Assembly (NCBI GenBank): GCA_001778875.1
Contig: MFIK01000010.1
Location: forward strand, 4,936 to 48,633
Origin: Candidatus Giovannonibacteria bacterium RIFCSPLOWO2_02_FULL_43_54
Lineage (GTDB): Bacteria; Patescibacteriota; Minisyncoccia; UBA11713; 2-01-FULL-45-33
Reading direction: 5' to 3'
Length of the DNA stretch: 43,698 nucleotides
A program made the position numbers and the translations under genes. Positions 1-8,901 of this stretch are shown piece by piece. Numbering within the stretch: position 1 is the first letter of the stretch; each line of letters opens with the position of its first letter. Below the pieces are notes generated by a model, which saw only the letters and a list, made by a program, of their open reading frames with translations, did not search any database and was not told where the DNA came from.

Positions 1-116
1 GCGAAACCTGTCTTAAGGTTCGTTCTAAATCCGAGAGTAAGGTTTGTCCGGTTACCACTATGAAAGATTTGGTAAAAATGGTCGAGGAGTCGGATAAGGT
101 GTTAGTGTTCGGATAA
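1..116 (+). CDS. 3' end of probable DsrE-family protein (partial)
   Basis: Frame from base 3 reads ETCLKVRSKSESKVCPVTTMKDLVKMVEESDKVLVFG*, resembling the C-terminus of DsrE-like proteins; the start lies outside the window. Confidence 0.6.
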   Translation, partial: ETCLKVRSKSESKVCPVTTMKDLVKMVEESDKVLVFG

Positions 117-177
117 CGAGTAAAAAATTATTATAAGATTAAAATAAATCTACGAAAACTATAAAATCCATTAAATC

Positions 178-1452
178 ATGAGAAATGTGCCCCGAACATA
201 TCTTGAAAAAGTTATTCTTTCACAACAAGTGCGCCGGGCGGACTTTTTACGATTCATGTCGGCGCGCCAAAAAAAAGAATTATTAAAGCGCGCTTTTTAT
301 TTACGGGGCAAGAGGGTCGTGCATATCAATGCCGTAGCGGACGGCGGAGGCGTCGCTGAAATACTTGCAAGCCTCATTCCATATTTGCGTTCTTTGGGAG
401 TGGAAAGCGACTGGTATTTTATCAATCCCGATGTCGGTAAAAAGTTTTTTGAGATAACCAATAAAATCCATAATGCCCTGCAGGGCGCGCCGGTAAAAAT
501 TAGCGGCCGGGAGTGGGCTGAATATGAACGGGTGGGCAGATTAATCGCATCTGAATTAGATAAGATTGACTGTGATGTTCTAGTTATAAACGATCCCCAG
601 CTACTTCTCGCGGGACATTACGCGCATCTTAATAAACATAAAATATATTTTAGCCACATTGACACCTCTTCGGTTTTTAAACCGGTTTGGGAAAAAATTC
701 TTCCCGCCGTCGTGTCTTATCATCGAATTGTTTTCAGTAACCGCGATTTCGTGAATGGAAACCTGCCAGGCCGCAAAGTAAAAATTTTCACGCCGGCAAT
801 TGACCCGTTGGCCGCCAAACAAAAAATTGTCCCCCAAAAAGAAGCCCGCCTGTATCTTGAAAAACAAGGCGGCGTTCCCCAAAATTGCCCGCTCATCATT
901 CAAGTATCGCGTTTTGACATTTGGAAAAATCCAATGGGAGTTGTCCAATCTTTCCGAATAGTTCAAAACACATACCCTAGTGCGCAGCTGGCTTTGGTTG
1001 GTTTCAACATTGCCAAGGATAATCCTGCGGCGCATGTGATTTATAAAGATATCGCGGCAGTTGCCGGAAAATCCCGCGATATTTTTTTGTTTTTTGATCC
1101 GAAAGGAAAAGATGTTTTAGAATTTACCGTTATGGCGCAAAATGCGGCTGACGTCATTGTTCAAAATTCAACCAAAGAGGGATTTGGCTTGGTGGCAACA
1201 GAAGCAATGTGGAAACGACAAGCGGTAATCGGCGGCCCGGCTTCGGGAATTAGGAAACAGATTCGAAACGGTAAAAACGGCTTTATCGTGAAATCCCCCG
1301 AGGAAATGGCTCAAAAAATAATTTTTCTTTTATCCCGTCCTGCGAAAAGAAAGAGACTGGGGAATTCAGCGAGAAAAACTGTTTTAGAGAATTTTTTATT
1401 TCCTCGTCTGGTTTTGGATCATCTTAAGCTTTACCGGTCTTGTTTAAAATAA
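178..1452 (+). CDS. treT: GT4 glycosyltransferase, TreT-like trehalose synthase
   Basis: HINAVADGGGVAEIL, QVSRFDIWKNPMGV and STKEGFGLVATEAMWK motifs are typical of TreT-type GT4 enzymes. Confidence 0.75.
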   Translation: MRNVPRTYLEKVILSQQVRRADFLRFMSARQKKELLKRAFYLRGKRVVHINAVADGGGVAEILASLIPYLRSLGVESDWYFINPDVGKKFFEITNKIHNALQGAPVKISGREWAEYERVGRLIASELDKIDCDVLVINDPQLLLAGHYAHLNKHKIYFSHIDTSSVFKPVWEKILPAVVSYHRIVFSNRDFVNGNLPGRKVKIFTPAIDPLAAKQKIVPQKEARLYLEKQGGVPQNCPLIIQVSRFDIWKNPMGVVQSFRIVQNTYPSAQLALVGFNIAKDNPAAHVIYKDIAAVAGKSRDIFLFFDPKGKDVLEFTVMAQNAADVIVQNSTKEGFGLVATEAMWKRQAVIGGPASGIRKQIRNGKNGFIVKSPEEMAQKIIFLLSRPAKRKRLGNSARKTVLENFLFPRLVLDHLKLYRSCLK

Positions 1453-1523
1453 AATCAGATGATACTTTATAAAATGCGTGACAATAGTCGTAAGTCGCGA
1501 ATTTAAGTTCTTAAATTATAACC

Positions 1524-2858
1524 ATGACAATAAAATTACGAGTTATCACAGATTCTCTGCTTATTCTGGCTCTTGTCTTTGGACTGGCAGTGTTCGGCGG
1601 ACTTGCGACACAGGCGGTTTCGGCGGGCTCACCGCAGACAGCCAGTATCCCGGAACGGGTAATTGTAATCTTTAACCACGCAATCAACGAGGATGCGAGA
1701 GCCGCTCTTGAAAATGCAGGCGGCCGAGTGCTTAAAGAACTTCCGCTCGTAAACGGCGCAGTTGTGCTTTTGCCGAATGAGGCGGCCGCATCTGATATCG
1801 GTACTTTGGCGGGCGTTCGTTCCATTGAAAAGGACGCGTTGGTTTTTGCTTTGAAGCCACCGGAAGGTTGTACTCCATGGCCTGATTGCAAGAACGGTGG
1901 AGGTGATGGCGGTTCTACCCAACCGGCAGAAGTGCTTGAGTGGGGCGTTGATCGTATTGATGCCGATCTTGCCTGGAGTGCGAGCTCAACGGCAAGCAGG
2001 GGCACTTCTGTAAAGGTGGCAGTTATTGATACCGGAATAGATAAAGACCACGCCGATTTGACGGGCAATATAAAAGGGGGTGTGAATTTCGTTGCTCCGA
2101 ATAGCGGACCGCCGTGGACGCGCGTTGTCGATCCTGAAAAGTGGGACGATGACAACGGACACGGAACGCATGTAGCCGGTATTGTTGCCGCGGCAGATAA
2201 CGAAATCGGCGTCATCGGCGTTGCGCCCGAAGCGCATCTTTGGGCAGTGAAAGTTCTTGACCGCAACGGCTCGGGATATACGAGTGATGTGATTGACGGA
2301 ATTACTTGGGCGATGAATAACGGCATGCAGGTTATAAATATGAGTTTGGGCACAGCAAGCGACATTCAAGCAATGCATGACGCGGTTGATGCCGCGTATG
2401 CTGCCGGCGTTGTGATCGTTGCCGCGGCCGGAAACTCTGGCGATGGCGATGGTTCTACGAACGAGGTGATTTACCCCGCCAAGTATTCTTCGGTGATTGC
2501 CGTTGCCGCTACGGACAACAACGACTTGATAGCGTATTTCAGTTCAGATGGAGCAGAGGTTGAATTGGCAGCTCCCGGCGTGAGTATTCGCTCAACTTGG
2601 AATGACGGTCTCTACAACACCATTAGCGGAACTTCAATGGCATCTCCGCATGTTGCTGGAGCCGTTGCTTTAGTGCTTGCAACTGCAGTGCAGTCAGCAT
2701 ATGACGTTGATGTAGACGGCGCATGGGACCCTGCAGAAGTACGCGCAGCGCTTCAGGCGGCCGCGGATGATCTGGGAACCGCAGGACACGACAACTTCTA
2801 CGGATATGGATTGGTTGACGCAGAAGAAAATGTGACAGGAATCCAGACAAACCCATAA
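1524..2858 (+). CDS. Secreted subtilisin-family (S8) serine protease with propeptide
   Basis: Signal peptide, I9-like propeptide, and catalytic triad motifs VIDTG, NGHGTHVAG and SGTSMASPHVAG. Confidence 0.95.
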   Translation: MTIKLRVITDSLLILALVFGLAVFGGLATQAVSAGSPQTASIPERVIVIFNHAINEDARAALENAGGRVLKELPLVNGAVVLLPNEAAASDIGTLAGVRSIEKDALVFALKPPEGCTPWPDCKNGGGDGGSTQPAEVLEWGVDRIDADLAWSASSTASRGTSVKVAVIDTGIDKDHADLTGNIKGGVNFVAPNSGPPWTRVVDPEKWDDDNGHGTHVAGIVAAADNEIGVIGVAPEAHLWAVKVLDRNGSGYTSDVIDGITWAMNNGMQVINMSLGTASDIQAMHDAVDAAYAAGVVIVAAAGNSGDGDGSTNEVIYPAKYSSVIAVAATDNNDLIAYFSSDGAEVELAAPGVSIRSTWNDGLYNTISGTSMASPHVAGAVALVLATAVQSAYDVDVDGAWDPAEVRAALQAAADDLGTAGHDNFYGYGLVDAEENVTGIQTNP

Positions 2859-2884
2859 ACCCTTTGGTCTCAAGTTCATACACA

Positions 2885-2949
2885 ACCAAAAAGCACCTAC
2901 TGGGGCTTTTTGGTACATGAAAAACCACCGGCTAAAGCTGGTGGTTTTT
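2885..2949. terminator. Two adjacent hairpins, likely bidirectional intrinsic terminators between convergent genes
   Basis: ACCAAAAAGC...GCTTTTTGGT (2885-2914) and AAAAACCACCGGC-TAAA-GCTGGTGGTTTTT (2920-2949). Confidence 0.75.
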
Positions 2950-2950
2950 A

Positions 2951-3364
2951 CTAATTGAAATCCATATTCGGATACGCTTTGATCAGCTTTTCTAATGCAT
3001 CACTATCGCCCAGCATACGCAGTGCTTCGGCAAACAAATGCTGGTCACCCATTTGTCCGTGATGGTTGTTGCCGCCCGGTTTTTGGTAGCTTCGCAACAC
3101 CGCAAAGAGCTTAGCTCTCGGATCTACTGTGCCTTTCTCATTTTCTAGCTCTATTCCGGCGTGTCTAGCTATCGCTCCGGCCTCTATTACGAATTCTCCA
3201 CTTTCCTTGCTAGCCGCCATTTCTTTATGCAGAGCGTCTTCATAATCTGCTCTGTTTATAATACCGCCAAGCTCGCGATATTTGTCGTAAGTATCAGCGT
3301 TCTTTTCGGTATACTTCATATAGCCCACATCTTCATATATGTCTTCTTTGCCTTCTCTCATCAT
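2951..3364 (-). CDS. Hypothetical protein
   Basis: 137-aa ORF with protein-like composition, ending at the terminators; no recognised motif. Confidence 0.65.
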   Translation of the reverse strand: MMREGKEDIYEDVGYMKYTEKNADTYDKYRELGGIINRADYEDALHKEMAASKESGEFVIEAGAIARHAGIELENEKGTVDPRAKLFAVLRSYQKPGGNNHHGQMGDQHLFAEALRMLGDSDALEKLIKAYPNMDFN

Positions 3365-3460
3365 CTAATAATACATAATTTTTTGCAAATACAAAAACAC
3401 CCGGAAACCGTAACTATATATGAAGCAGGGAAGTTCTATTTATCAGAAAAAGTATTCAAA

Positions 3461-4014
3461 TTGCCAAAATTAAAGGTTTTACGGGATGAGGTTGTTTTTG
3501 ACGGCGCTTTTATAAGAACGATCAAAAGGCATTTTAAGGATAAAAAGGCCGCGAGCAGATTTGGGAGATGGTTGAACGGAAAAATTGCAAAAGGATAGTT
3601 GTCATTGCCGCAATCACGCCGGAGAAGGAAATTATTTTGGAAAAGATCTTTCGCGTGCCATTCAAGGATTATATTATCGAGTTGCCTGCTGGCCTCATGG
3701 ATATAGAAGGGGAATCCGAAGAATCTGCCGCGAAGAGGGAACTCCTGGAAGAGACCGGCTATGCGATTGATGAAATGTTGTTTCTGGACGCAGGCCCATT
3801 TAATACCGGACTTCTCAAAGATGAGCTTGCAATATATCTTGGCTTGAATGCGCGAAAAATCAAAGAACCCGAACTCGAGAGCTCTGAGGATTTGACGGTC
3901 ATAAAGGTGCCTCTGAAAAATCTGCTGAATTTTTTGGCAACAAGCCGTTTAAAACATGACATAAAAATTCCCGCTGTTTTAGCGCATTTGGCTGCGCGCG
4001 GCCTATTTATATAG
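3461..4014 (+). CDS. Nudix hydrolase (ADP-ribose pyrophosphatase-like), split by a -1 frameshift at about 3541-3547
   Basis: Nudix box ELPAGLMDIEGESEESAAKRELLEETGY in the 3568-4014 frame. The N-terminal part (TTG 3461, LPKLKVLRDEVVFDGAFIRTIKRHFKDK) is in another frame and joins as KDKK-GREQIWEMVERK. Confidence 0.8.
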
Positions 4015-4608
4015 GCCGTTTTTCTTTATGTACGCGGATATTTTCGGAAGGAGATAGGGGATACCGGAATATCCTTTTTTGATGAAATTGCGGATGATGG
4101 TGCTTGAAATGTTCACCCAGACAATATCTTTGTCCACCAACTTTATATTCGGCGGAAGTTTATCGGGAACTTTTGTTTCCGGTTTTCTTATTGCCAGAAA
4201 ATTCGCATTGTTCCAGAGCTCGTTGCCTTTTATCCAGTCATAGCGGATATTCCACAAAAGTTCGGATCCTATTAGAAAATAGAATTTATTGCCGGGATAT
4301 TTTTTTTCCAGTTCAATTTTTGTATCATAAGTCGTCGTCAGTCCGGGGCGGTCGAGTTCCAGCATTGAAATTTTAACAGGCACCGCCGAGCGTCCAGAGA
4401 ACTCGCGTATAAGTATATTCAGCATTTTGACGCGATGTTTGCCGGGCGTACCGATGTGCTTATCCTTTCTTTCAGAAGACGGCATTATCCAAATTTCATC
4501 GCATTCAAAATTCCGCAAAACGGCCTCGATAGCTATCGCGTGCCCGATGTGAGGTGGATTGAACGACCCTCCGTAGATTACTATTTTCTTGCGTTTTTCA
4601 GTTGACAT
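4003..4608 (-). CDS. nadD: Nicotinate-nucleotide adenylyltransferase
   Basis: YGGSFNPPHIGH (HxGH), FLIGSE and ISSTIIR motifs. Start placed at MSTEKRKK (4608) to avoid overlap with prs. Confidence 0.92.
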   Translation of the reverse strand: MSTEKRKKIVIYGGSFNPPHIGHAIAIEAVLRNFECDEIWIMPSSERKDKHIGTPGKHRVKMLNILIREFSGRSAVPVKISMLELDRPGLTTTYDTKIELEKKYPGNKFYFLIGSELLWNIRYDWIKGNELWNNANFLAIRKPETKVPDKLPPNIKLVDKDIVWVNISSTIIRNFIKKGYSGIPYLLPKISAYIKKNGLYK

Positions 4609-4630
4609 TTTAATATCATTATGATAAACT
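4602..4630 (+). promoter_or_regulatory. Sigma70-type promoter for prs
   Basis: TTGACA (4602-4607), 17 bp, TAAACT (4625-4630), upstream of ATG 4661. Confidence 0.6.
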
Positions 4631-4660
4631 AATTTCAGAATATTTGAAAGGGGATGCATT

Positions 4661-5620
4661 ATGATCATATTCTCTTGCAAAACAATGAAGCAGCTTGCCG
4701 ATAAGATTTACGCTGAATTGTGTGCGTTATCTGCCAGACGATTGAATATTGAGCCACGGCCCAGACTTGGAAAAATAAACTGGGACGAATTTGAAAAAAG
4801 CTGGCCGAATTATTCAATTGAAAATCCTGAAGGTACGGTGCGAGGTAAAGATGTTGTTTTTATCATGCACATGCCTGCTCCGGAAGATGTTTTCAAGCAG
4901 CTAGCTGTTGCGTGCGCGTTTCCGAGATATTTGGCAAAGAGTCTTAAGATAGTTCTGCCTCTGTTTCCAACCGGTACAATGGAACGCATTCAAAAATCGG
5001 GTGGAATTGCCACCGCAAAGACCTTGGCGCGTGAATTATCTCAAGTTCCGCTTACATGCACAGGGCCGGTTGAGCTCATGATGTTTGATCTACATGCTTC
5101 CGTCGAAAGATTTTATTTCTCCGATAATATTTTGCCTGATCCGCAGAGTGCCTTGCCTATCTTAAAAGAGAGAATACGGTCCATGGATGGTGTAGCAATT
5201 ACATTCCCTGACGAGGGTTCTTATAAGCGCTTTGGGCAGGAATTTGAAGAATATCCCATGATACTTTGCTATAAAAAGCGCCGGGGTGCAGACCGAAAGG
5301 TCACGATCGTTGAAGGTGATCCTGCAGGAAAAAATGTCTTGATCGTAGATGATCTCTCGCTGACAGCCGGTACAATGGTTGAGTGCGCCAAAGCCGTTCG
5401 TATATTCGGGCCATTGAGCATATCCGGATACGTGACCCATCCCGTTTTTCACGACGATAGCTGGCAAAAAATTATAAATTGCGGTATCTTTACTAAATTC
5501 TGGGTGACCGATTCGTGCCCATTTACCACTAATACAGTTTTTGATCCATTCAGAATAAACTCGTCGCTATTCGAAGTTCTTTCTCTCGCTCCGACTATCG
5601 CCAAAATTTTAGCCAGCTAG
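4661..5620 (+). CDS. prs: Ribose-phosphate pyrophosphokinase (PRPP synthase), class II-like
   Basis: PRPP loop VLIVDDLSLTAGT, FPDEGSYKRF, DLHA, YVTHPVF and VTDS motifs. Confidence 0.88.
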   Translation: MIIFSCKTMKQLADKIYAELCALSARRLNIEPRPRLGKINWDEFEKSWPNYSIENPEGTVRGKDVVFIMHMPAPEDVFKQLAVACAFPRYLAKSLKIVLPLFPTGTMERIQKSGGIATAKTLARELSQVPLTCTGPVELMMFDLHASVERFYFSDNILPDPQSALPILKERIRSMDGVAITFPDEGSYKRFGQEFEEYPMILCYKKRRGADRKVTIVEGDPAGKNVLIVDDLSLTAGTMVECAKAVRIFGPLSISGYVTHPVFHDDSWQKIINCGIFTKFWVTDSCPFTTNTVFDPFRINSSLFEVLSLAPTIAKILAS

Positions 5621-5626
5621 AAAATT

Positions 5627-5664
5627 AAACCCCGCTCCAGCATAGCCGAGGCGGGGTGTTTTTT
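5627..5664. terminator. Hairpin between convergent prs and pncB
   Basis: ACCCCGC...GCGGGGT followed by a T run. Confidence 0.55.
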
Positions 5665-6928
5665 AATATGTGCACGACTCATTGAGAGTTACGGTGTGTC
5701 CGAAAATTTTTTTGAATCTTTCGATGTCTTCGGGCTTTCCCATTGCCTTGGCAAGATTGTCGGAAAGCTTTACTGTGCCGTGTCCGTTGGATTCAACGAG
5801 TTTGATGACCATCGATAAAGGGCTAAATCCAAGATCATTGGTCAGGTTCGTCCCCCAGCCATAAGTTGTTCTGAAGGACGCGATCTTTATCTTATTGCGG
5901 AAATGGTTCGTGATCTTGACCATTGTATCTATATCCAAGCCATCGCTGAAAACGATAAATTTGGTCTTTGGGTCGATGCCGTGTTTTTTATAGAACCTAA
6001 GAGCCTTTTCGCCGAATTCAATCGGGTCTCCAGAATCTTGGCGAAGCCCCTTCCACTTTTCAGCCTGTTCTTTGGTCATATCGCTGAAGAAAAAATCGGA
6101 ACCGTAAGTATCTGTAAGGGCAATAGAAAGACCAAATCCATATTCATCCCACCAATCCTCTAAAACTTTGTTGTGGGAAGCGCGAATTTCATCATCGTCG
6201 CCGTGCATAACTCCAGACACACCCATATCTGTCTCATGAGCGTTGGTTCCCATAGAGAGAAGGTTGCAGTTATTGGCAAGGAGCACATTGGAAGTTCCAA
6301 GAAGCTGATTTGGGATTTCCGCCGCCAATGTATGTACGACATATTTCTGCCAATCACGGCTGAAGCGCCTGCGTGTTCCGAAATCGCTGAATGTGATTTT
6401 CGGATTTGCGCGGAGTTTTTTGATCTTCTCTGCGAGCCGAAGCTTGCCGGTTGCGTATACGATGTCCTGTTCAAAAGAAGTTTTCTCCGCCATCAAGGCT
6501 CTGTAATAAAGCTCATTGATAATGGAGAGAACTAAAGTTTCCCAATAAATTGCCTCGGACCAAAGTCCTTCAAATGTCAGTTCGTAGTCGTCGCCGACGC
6601 GTTTAAGTTCGTATGGAGGAAGTTTCAGATTTTTCAAAAACTCAAGATAATCTTCTTTGAACATCCGCTCACTGTATTCGTTTGTTCCGCGCAAGTAATG
6701 AAGTTCGCTCGACCTGAATTTTAAAGTTCGAACGTGATCGAGTTCATAGCGGAGATAGTCTTCCTTAACGCAAGCTGCTAAATGCACATCTTTCGTGCGC
6801 ACCTTAAGAGCATATTTAACATGGACATCCGGATATCTGTGAAAAATAAGCTGGCCCATCGTGAACTTATAAAAATCAATGTCCAGCATGGATTCAATAA
6901 TGAATTTCGGAAGTTCTATTGCATTCAT
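5663..6928 (-). CDS. pncB: Nicotinate phosphoribosyltransferase
   Basis: DIDFYKFTM, DFGTRRRFS, GTSNV, GTNAHE, RQDSGDP, FSDGL, GWGTNLTND and KLSDN motifs. Confidence 0.96.
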   Translation of the reverse strand: MNAIELPKFIIESMLDIDFYKFTMGQLIFHRYPDVHVKYALKVRTKDVHLAACVKEDYLRYELDHVRTLKFRSSELHYLRGTNEYSERMFKEDYLEFLKNLKLPPYELKRVGDDYELTFEGLWSEAIYWETLVLSIINELYYRALMAEKTSFEQDIVYATGKLRLAEKIKKLRANPKITFSDFGTRRRFSRDWQKYVVHTLAAEIPNQLLGTSNVLLANNCNLLSMGTNAHETDMGVSGVMHGDDDEIRASHNKVLEDWWDEYGFGLSIALTDTYGSDFFFSDMTKEQAEKWKGLRQDSGDPIEFGEKALRFYKKHGIDPKTKFIVFSDGLDIDTMVKITNHFRNKIKIASFRTTYGWGTNLTNDLGFSPLSMVIKLVESNGHGTVKLSDNLAKAMGKPEDIERFKKIFGHTVTLNESCTY

Positions 6929-7536
6929 CCCAGCACCTTCTTCGTCGTGATGACTTTCGCGCCGGCTTTTTTCATTTCTTTTATTGCTTTCGCGCCATCG
7001 GTAGGCTTCAAATTAACCGCGCGTACAGCGTCCTCCAAAAGGTAAACCTTAAAACCGAGTTTCAGCGCGTCGAGCACGGTTGCTTTCACGCAGTAATCCG
7101 TGGCAAGTCCGCCGATGTAGAGATCTGTAACATGTTCACTTGTGAGCAGTTCTTCCAGGTTTTGCCCGGCGTAATTGACACCGCCAAAACCGGAATAAGA
7201 TGTTTCATCCTCGTCTTCAGTCATTCCTTTAGAAATGATCTCGGCGCCGATGAAGCGCAGGTCATCATGAAAACAGGCTCCAAAGGTGTGCTGGACGCAG
7301 TGCGGAGGCCAGACGCCGCCGAAGTCTTTGAAATGCTTGGTTTTCTCCGGATGCCAATCCCGCGTCGCAAAAACTGGGAATCCCTTCGCGTAAAATAACT
7401 CCGCTCTAGAATTTAAAGGTGCTACAACCTCATCCCCGCGGGGGACAGCGAGGCTTCCACCGTGGCAAAAATCGTTCTGTGCGTCCACGATAATCAACGC
7501 GGACCTCTTTACCTCTTTTTTCATTCGTTTTAGCAT
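6925..7536 (-). CDS. pncA: Nicotinamidase/pyrazinamidase
   Basis: VDAQNDFCHGGSL, TRDWHP, WPPHCVQ and GLATDYCV motifs; ATGA overlap with pncB; SD-like AAGGAGG upstream. Confidence 0.96.
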   Translation of the reverse strand: MLKRMKKEVKRSALIIVDAQNDFCHGGSLAVPRGDEVVAPLNSRAELFYAKGFPVFATRDWHPEKTKHFKDFGGVWPPHCVQHTFGACFHDDLRFIGAEIISKGMTEDEDETSYSGFGGVNYAGQNLEELLTSEHVTDLYIGGLATDYCVKATVLDALKLGFKVYLLEDAVRAVNLKPTDGAKAIKEMKKAGAKVITTKKVLG

Positions 7537-7556
7537 ATCTAGCTCCCTCCTTGATT

Positions 7557-7575
7557 TAGTGTTCTAAATACACTA
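7557..7575. promoter_or_regulatory. Candidate NrtR operator overlapping the pncA promoter
   Basis: TAGTGT-N7-ACACTA palindrome (GT-N7-AC core). Overlaps the minus-strand -10 TATAGT (7572-7577), with -35 TTGACA at 7596-7601. Confidence 0.8.
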
Positions 7576-7702
7576 TATATCTATATCTAGAACAATGTCA
7601 ATGTTCGCAAGGTTTCCTGCTTGCATTCCTAGCATTTTCCCATATTTTTGTCAACTGAAAAACACTATATCTAACTAAAGCTTTGCACAATAGTTTTATT
7701 TT

Positions 7703-8206
7703 TTATTTTTTAACCATGGCCATTCGGATGAGGTCGTGGTATTGGCCGCGCCAATAGTATTCGTCTTTGAGAATTCCTTCTTTTTTGAAACCAAGCTTTT
7801 GGTAGATGTGCCATGCTTTTTTATTCGTTACCCAGCAGACACCCCAGACTTTGTGGAGTTTTAACCTAGAGAAGGCGATATGCAAAAGATGCCCGATAGC
7901 TTCCTCTGCGAAGCCGTTGCCCCAGTTTTCTTTGGTTATGAATACAGAGAACCTGCCGAATTTGTTCGGCCAGCTGATCTGATTTATGGAACACTGGCCG
8001 ATATAGGCGTTATCGGCTCTGCAGAATATTGAAAAAGCAAAATCGTTTTTGCCGGCAATGACCTTCTTGATAAATTTAAGCTCTTCTTTTTTAGTAAAAC
8101 CCTTGAAGTTCTGGAAGTTTTTAACGACGTCCGGATCATTGACCCATTTCATTATATTTTCTATATCTTCCTTTTTGAGGGGTTTTAAAATGAGACGATT
8201 TTGCAT
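7703..8206 (-). CDS. GNAT N-acetyltransferase (RimL/SpeG-like)
   Basis: WGNGFAEEA, NKKAWHIYQKLGFKKEG motifs; TGATG overlap with the nrtR stop. Confidence 0.85.
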   Translation of the reverse strand: MQNRLILKPLKKEDIENIMKWVNDPDVVKNFQNFKGFTKKEELKFIKKVIAGKNDFAFSIFCRADNAYIGQCSINQISWPNKFGRFSVFITKENWGNGFAEEAIGHLLHIAFSRLKLHKVWGVCWVTNKKAWHIYQKLGFKKEGILKDEYYWRGQYHDLIRMAMVKK

Positions 8207-8901
8207 CAAAAGAATTTTTTAAGCGAGGAGGGTTTCCGCGACTTGAATTCGTAGAGCTTCGCCGGCCTTGAGCGCGTGCCTCTTAAGATCTGCTTGGTCG
8301 GACGGATGAGGTCAAGCGACAGGAATTTTTTCCTGAAGTTTCTTTTATCGAGTTTTCTGCCGAAAATTATTTCATAGGCTTTTTGCAATTCGGAGAAGGC
8401 GAAGAATTTTTGCAGAATGGAATAGACCACGTTTGTGTATTCAAGTTTCGCGCGAAGACGCAAGAGCGCTAGCTCAATAATCTCTTTATGGTCGAACGCG
8501 AGGCGCGGCAATTTATTTACCGGATAGAGTTTTGGAGACTGAATGCCTGCTTGCCGGTTAGGCAGGTTCTTCCCTAGCCTTATTTTAAGATTTTTTTCTT
8601 CGACAAGAGCAAAATAGGTTATTGAAATTGTGTGCCCCCGCGGGTCGCGGAAACGCGAATCAAAAGTATAGAGCTGTTCCAGATATCCTCCGGCCTGGAC
8701 TCCGGTTTTAGATCGGAGCGCTCTTTTAGCGGCCTCAAGCCCGCTTTCATTTTTCAATAAAAAGACGCCTGGAAGTGCAGGCGAGCCTTTGAATGGGACA
8801 TCGGCGCGCTTGATCAAAAGCACCTTAAGCACTCCGTCTTGTATAGTAAAGATAACAGTGTCGGCTGTGACATATGGCGATTCGTAAATTATTTTTTTCA
8901 T
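8206..8901 (-). CDS. nrtR: NrtR transcriptional regulator (degenerate Nudix domain plus winged helix)
   Basis: VLLIKR, YLEQLYTF, RDPRGHTISITY, LAFDH, LDKRNFRKK and RPAKLY motifs. Nudix box lacks the catalytic glutamates. Start at MKKIIYESP (ATGA overlap with nadE). Confidence 0.9.
   Translation of the reverse strand: MKKIIYESPYVTADTVIFTIQDGVLKVLLIKRADVPFKGSPALPGVFLLKNESGLEAAKRALRSKTGVQAGGYLEQLYTFDSRFRDPRGHTISITYFALVEEKNLKIRLGKNLPNRQAGIQSPKLYPVNKLPRLAFDHKEIIELALLRLRAKLEYTNVVYSILQKFFAFSELQKAYEIIFGRKLDKRNFRKKFLSLDLIRPTKQILRGTRSRPAKLYEFKSRKPSSLKKFF

Noticed and set aside
1511-2365. Long antisense ORFs (e.g. 1511-2365, 23447-24124, 17302-17784, 43325-43690)
   Set aside because: Shadow frames opposite well-supported genes, with no motifs of their own.
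4661-6928. Phage-type NARP1 pathway (Adps plus Namat)
   Set aside because: The phosphoribosyltransferase has typical PncB motifs and is accompanied by pncA, nadD and nadE, which is the standard deamidating salvage route.
7649-7667. Third NrtR box
   Set aside because: Only the ACACTA half-site is present; the left arm does not match.
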